From Sminthopsis crassicaudata (taxonomy: Eukaryota), in NCBI RefSeq assembly GCF_048593235.1, contig NC_133620.1, forward strand, positions 355,289,261 through 355,353,260: DNA of 64,000 nucleotides, written 5' to 3'. The notes below the pieces were generated by a model that worked only from the letters and a program-made list of their open reading frames with translations, searched no databases and was not told the origin of the DNA. Position numbers and translations under genes: made by a program. Below are positions 61,248-64,000 of this stretch, one piece after another. Position 1 is the first letter of the stretch; every line of letters begins with the position of its first letter.

Positions 61248-61318
61248 TGCTGAAGTTGCTGAAGATGGCAGTAGGCATGCGGGCGCTGCTGGATACAGTG
61301 ATGCAGGCCCTGCCCCAG
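61248..61318 (+). CDS. CACNA1G: Exon 30: [24 protein letters not shown]
   Basis: Acceptor ttctcag|TG, donor CAG|gtactg; 71 nt, phase 1-0. Confidence 0.97.
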
Positions 61319-61531
61319 GTACTGGAGGAGGCTGGGATGGGGCAGTCATTTGCTCTCTGGGTCCCCAATGATTCTTCCTTTGTTTGGAGGGCCTAATTCT
61401 TCCTCCTCCATGAATGGGAGGACGGGATTTGGGGAGAGGAAGGGAGAGAGGAGGAGGAGGAGGAGGAAGAAAGTTTGGGACTGGACTGGGATAAACCTTT
61501 GCATCTTTGCCTTTCTTTTCCTCTTTTACAG

Positions 61532-61610
61532 GTGGGGAACCTGGGGCTCCTCTTCATGTTATTATTTTTCATCTTTGCAGCTCTGGGCGTGGAGCTTTTT
61601 GGAGACCTTG
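61532..61610 (+). CDS. CACNA1G: Exon 31: IVS5, [26 protein letters not shown]
   Basis: Acceptor ttttacag|GTG, donor TTG|gtgagt; 79 nt, phase 0-1. Confidence 0.97.
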
Positions 61611-61738
61611 GTGAGTTGGGGTTTTGTGTAAGGGAGCTTTGTCCAGAGGCCTAGAAGTGGGAAGTGGAGGGTCCTAGGGTCTGGGGCAAAAGAAATAGCT
61701 GATGGAGACTCCCCTTTCTCTCTTATTCTCTTCCCTAG

Positions 61739-61860
61739 AGTGTGATGAAACTCACCCCTGTGAAGGCCTAGGCCGCCACGCCACCTTCAGGAACTTTGGT
61801 ATGGCCTTCTTGACCCTTTTCCGAGTCTCTACTGGTGACAACTGGAATGGCATTATGAAG
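61739..61860 (+). CDS. CACNA1G: Exon 32: domain IV pore loop, [41 protein letters not shown]
   Basis: Acceptor ttccctag|AG, donor AAG|gtggga; 122 nt, phase 1-0. Confidence 0.97.
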
Positions 61861-62936
61861 GTGGGACCCTCCCCCTCGTCCCCACCTTGCATCTTCCTGA
61901 CTTTTCCTGGAGTTGGTCTGTCCTCAGAATTTCACTGTAATAGTCTGAGCTAAGTATTGTTAGGAAGTTGAAATGATACTAAGTAAAATCTTGTAGCATT
62001 TTCCCCTTCTCTTTCATTCAAGACAATCCATAATTCAGTTTTGAGGATTCCTTTGTTTAGAGGAACAAAATAAGCCTCTGAGAATTTTTTCATCCTTAGG
62101 ACACCAAACCTCCTCTTTTTCCAGAAGATATACTATAGTTTCCTCCATATTCAAGATACCTGATAACTCCCCTCTCACCAAGACATTCCATAACTTTTCT
62201 ATCTTCCTCTTATAGCCGTCTTACAGCTCCCTTTTTGATACCCTATAATTCATTCCATATCCCCAGGACACTTTATTAATTTTTCTTCTCTTCAGATTAC
62301 TCCATAACTTCCTCTGAGTTGAGTAAAGCTTTCTTTTTTGATACATAGCTCCCCTCTTACAGTATACCCTATAATTCTTCTTTCTCCCTGAGAAGTCCCA
62401 TCTTCCATTCCTAAAATACATCCTCCCTTTCCCCAATACAGTCTATAACTAACTCTCCTTCTCCCTATAATATCCTATAACTTTTCTGCCTCCTTAAGAG
62501 ATCTCTTTCTCTTTTCTCCCTATAACTTTTTTACCTCTTTTGTCAGAATACCATATATCTTCTGCTCCTTCTTTAGAGAGAAACCTTAACTCCCTGTTCT
62601 CCTTGGGACACTCTATAACTCACTTCTGTGTATATATACATAAATATGTGTCCATATACATGTACAAACACATATACACATACACCTATCATATATTCTT
62701 TTCTCTAAATCACCTTCTAACTTCTTCCATTCTCAAGATACTTTCTACCTCCTCCCTCTTCCTTCGACATCCTATAACTCCTCTCTTTTTCTGATACTTT
62801 ATAGCTTCTCTATTTACTAAGAGAGTCTAATCTCAGCCTATAAATTCTCTCCACTCCCTCCTCCAAGATACTTTCTAACCCAAGAAACTCCTGAGTAGTC
62901 TGGTGAATTCTCTAGCTCTCTTCTCAGAATAATTTT

Positions 62937-63090
62937 TTTAGAACTTTTTATTTTCAAAACACATGCATAGATAATTTTCAACATTCACCCTTGCAAAACC
63001 TTGTGTTCCAAATTTTTTTTCTCCCTCTCTTTCCCCCACCTTCCCCCCTAGATGGCAAATATATGTTAATATATGTTAAACATGTGCAAT
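62937..63090 (-). mobile_element. Short L1 3'-end insertion in intron 32
   Basis: 13-bp TSD TCAGAATAATTTT at 62924-62936 and 63091-63103; L1 3' UTR sequence between them. Confidence 0.85.
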
Positions 63091-63455
63091 TCAGAATAAT
63101 TTTAAGCACATAGGATTAAAAAGGAAAACAATTATATTGAAATATAGTTATAAAAATATTTTGAAAATTCAATTTATTTTATTTTCCTAATTCTTTTTTT
63201 CTCTTCTCCCTTTCTTCTTCTGTTTGAGAAAGCAATTAAAACAAAACTCATATAAAATATTTTATATTTTATAAGATTTTATAAATATTTATATATTTTT
63301 ATAATTTTTAAATTTTAGAAATATTTTATATTTTTTTTATATTTCAGAAATCTTTTTGTAATATTTTATAAAAATTTCCGGAACTTCCTGAAACCTATCT
63401 ACCAACCCAGGTTAAGAACTCCTGCCTTATCTAACTCCTTCATTTCCCCATTCAG

Positions 63456-63812
63456 GACACCCTCCGAGACTGTGATCAGGAATCCACCTGCTACAACACT
63501 GTCATCTCCCCCATCTACTTTGTGTCCTTTGTATTAACTGCCCAATTTGTGCTGGTGAATGTGGTCATTGCGGTCCTGATGAAGCATTTGGAGGAAAGCA
63601 ACAAGGAAGCCAAGGAAGAAGCAGAGCTGGAGGCTGAGCTAGAGATGGAGATGAAGACCTTGGCCCCATCGCAACCTCCCATGCCAGGAGACCCCTTCTC
63701 CTGGCCTCGGGGAGAGGGAGGCTCTGACAGCCAGCCGGGCAGCCCGAAGCTCAGGGCCCCCCAGGCCTTGCACGTCAAAGTGGCTTCTCAACTCTCCTTG
63801 GCCCACCCTACG
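63456..63812 (+). CDS. CACNA1G: Exon 33: IVS6 and proximal C-terminus, [63 protein letters not shown]...SLAHPT
   Basis: Acceptor cattcag|GAC, donor ACG|gtaaga; 357 nt, phase 0-0. Confidence 0.97.
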
Positions 63813-64000
63813 GTAAGACTTCACTGGGGGATAAGGGGACTGGGAAGAGAGGGAAGGCTGCATGGGGCAGGGTAGGCAGAGGAATAGGAACCCTTCAGTC
63901 ACAGGCTGGGAGCCAGCCACAGATCCCCATTGAGCACTCATTTGCTGCTGTTTTCCTGTCCCCTAGAACCAGGTTCTCACTCTCCTCCCAGCTGATCAAG

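Larger units (their letters stand above)
1..63812 (+). other. CACNA1G: CACNA1G gene body (Cav3.1 T-type Ca2+ channel alpha-1G), partial: exons 6-33; gene extends beyond both window ends
   Basis: 28 exons with GT-AG sites and matching phases give 1680 codons. Pore loops ITLEGW, LTQEDW, ASKDGW, STGDNW give the EEDD filter diagnostic of Cav3. The exon 14 peptide (EISKREDA), SKEKQMA and the exon 26 peptide (LMLDDVI) identify alpha-1G rather than 1H/1I. Confidence 0.98.

Noticed and set aside
60754-61368. 204-aa minus-strand ORF
   Set aside because: Antisense shadow of exon 30 plus intron; no independent coding signal.
1-64000. tRNA, snoRNA, miRNA, CRISPR or nested genes
   Set aside because: tRNA-like A/B boxes occur only in SINE heads; no convincing C/D or H/ACA architecture, repeat-spacer array or second coding gene was seen.

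Overview
The window is the + strand interior of CACNA1G (T-type calcium channel Cav3.1 / alpha-1G) from a marsupial. The SINE/LINE content looks Australian and dasyurid-like; that assignment is inference. I traced 28 consecutive coding exons (human numbering 6-33, exon 6 cut by the window edge), each with GT-AG boundaries and consistent phases. With all optional segments included they sum to 5040 nt (1680 codons) without a stop. They cover the domain I pore loop through domain IV and the proximal C-terminus, including all four EEDD filter residues. The known alternative segments are present: exon 14, the 21-nt exon 25C extension and exon 26. Several exons are absent from the ORF track or appear there only as antisense shadows. 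Introns hold MIR/MAR1/WSINE-type SINEs, L2, hAT-like MITEs, TSD-flanked L1 3' ends, microsatellites and three assembly gaps. No other gene, RNA gene or CRISPR array is supported. The most interesting unexplained structure is non-coding: (1) a CpG island in intron 13 with a TATA box, three CUT/ONECUT-type sites at exact 10-bp spacing and a STAT palindrome, a candidate internal promoter upstream of the domain III-IV half of the channel; (2) a second CpG island in intron 9; (3) a POU-dimer palindrome enhancer candidate in intron 7; (4) splicing-regulatory architecture around exons 8, 21, 25 and 26, plus a candidate poison exon; (5) a very young L1 insertion and an inverted/tandem local duplication. 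All regulatory calls are motif-level hypotheses; I could not run alignments or database searches.
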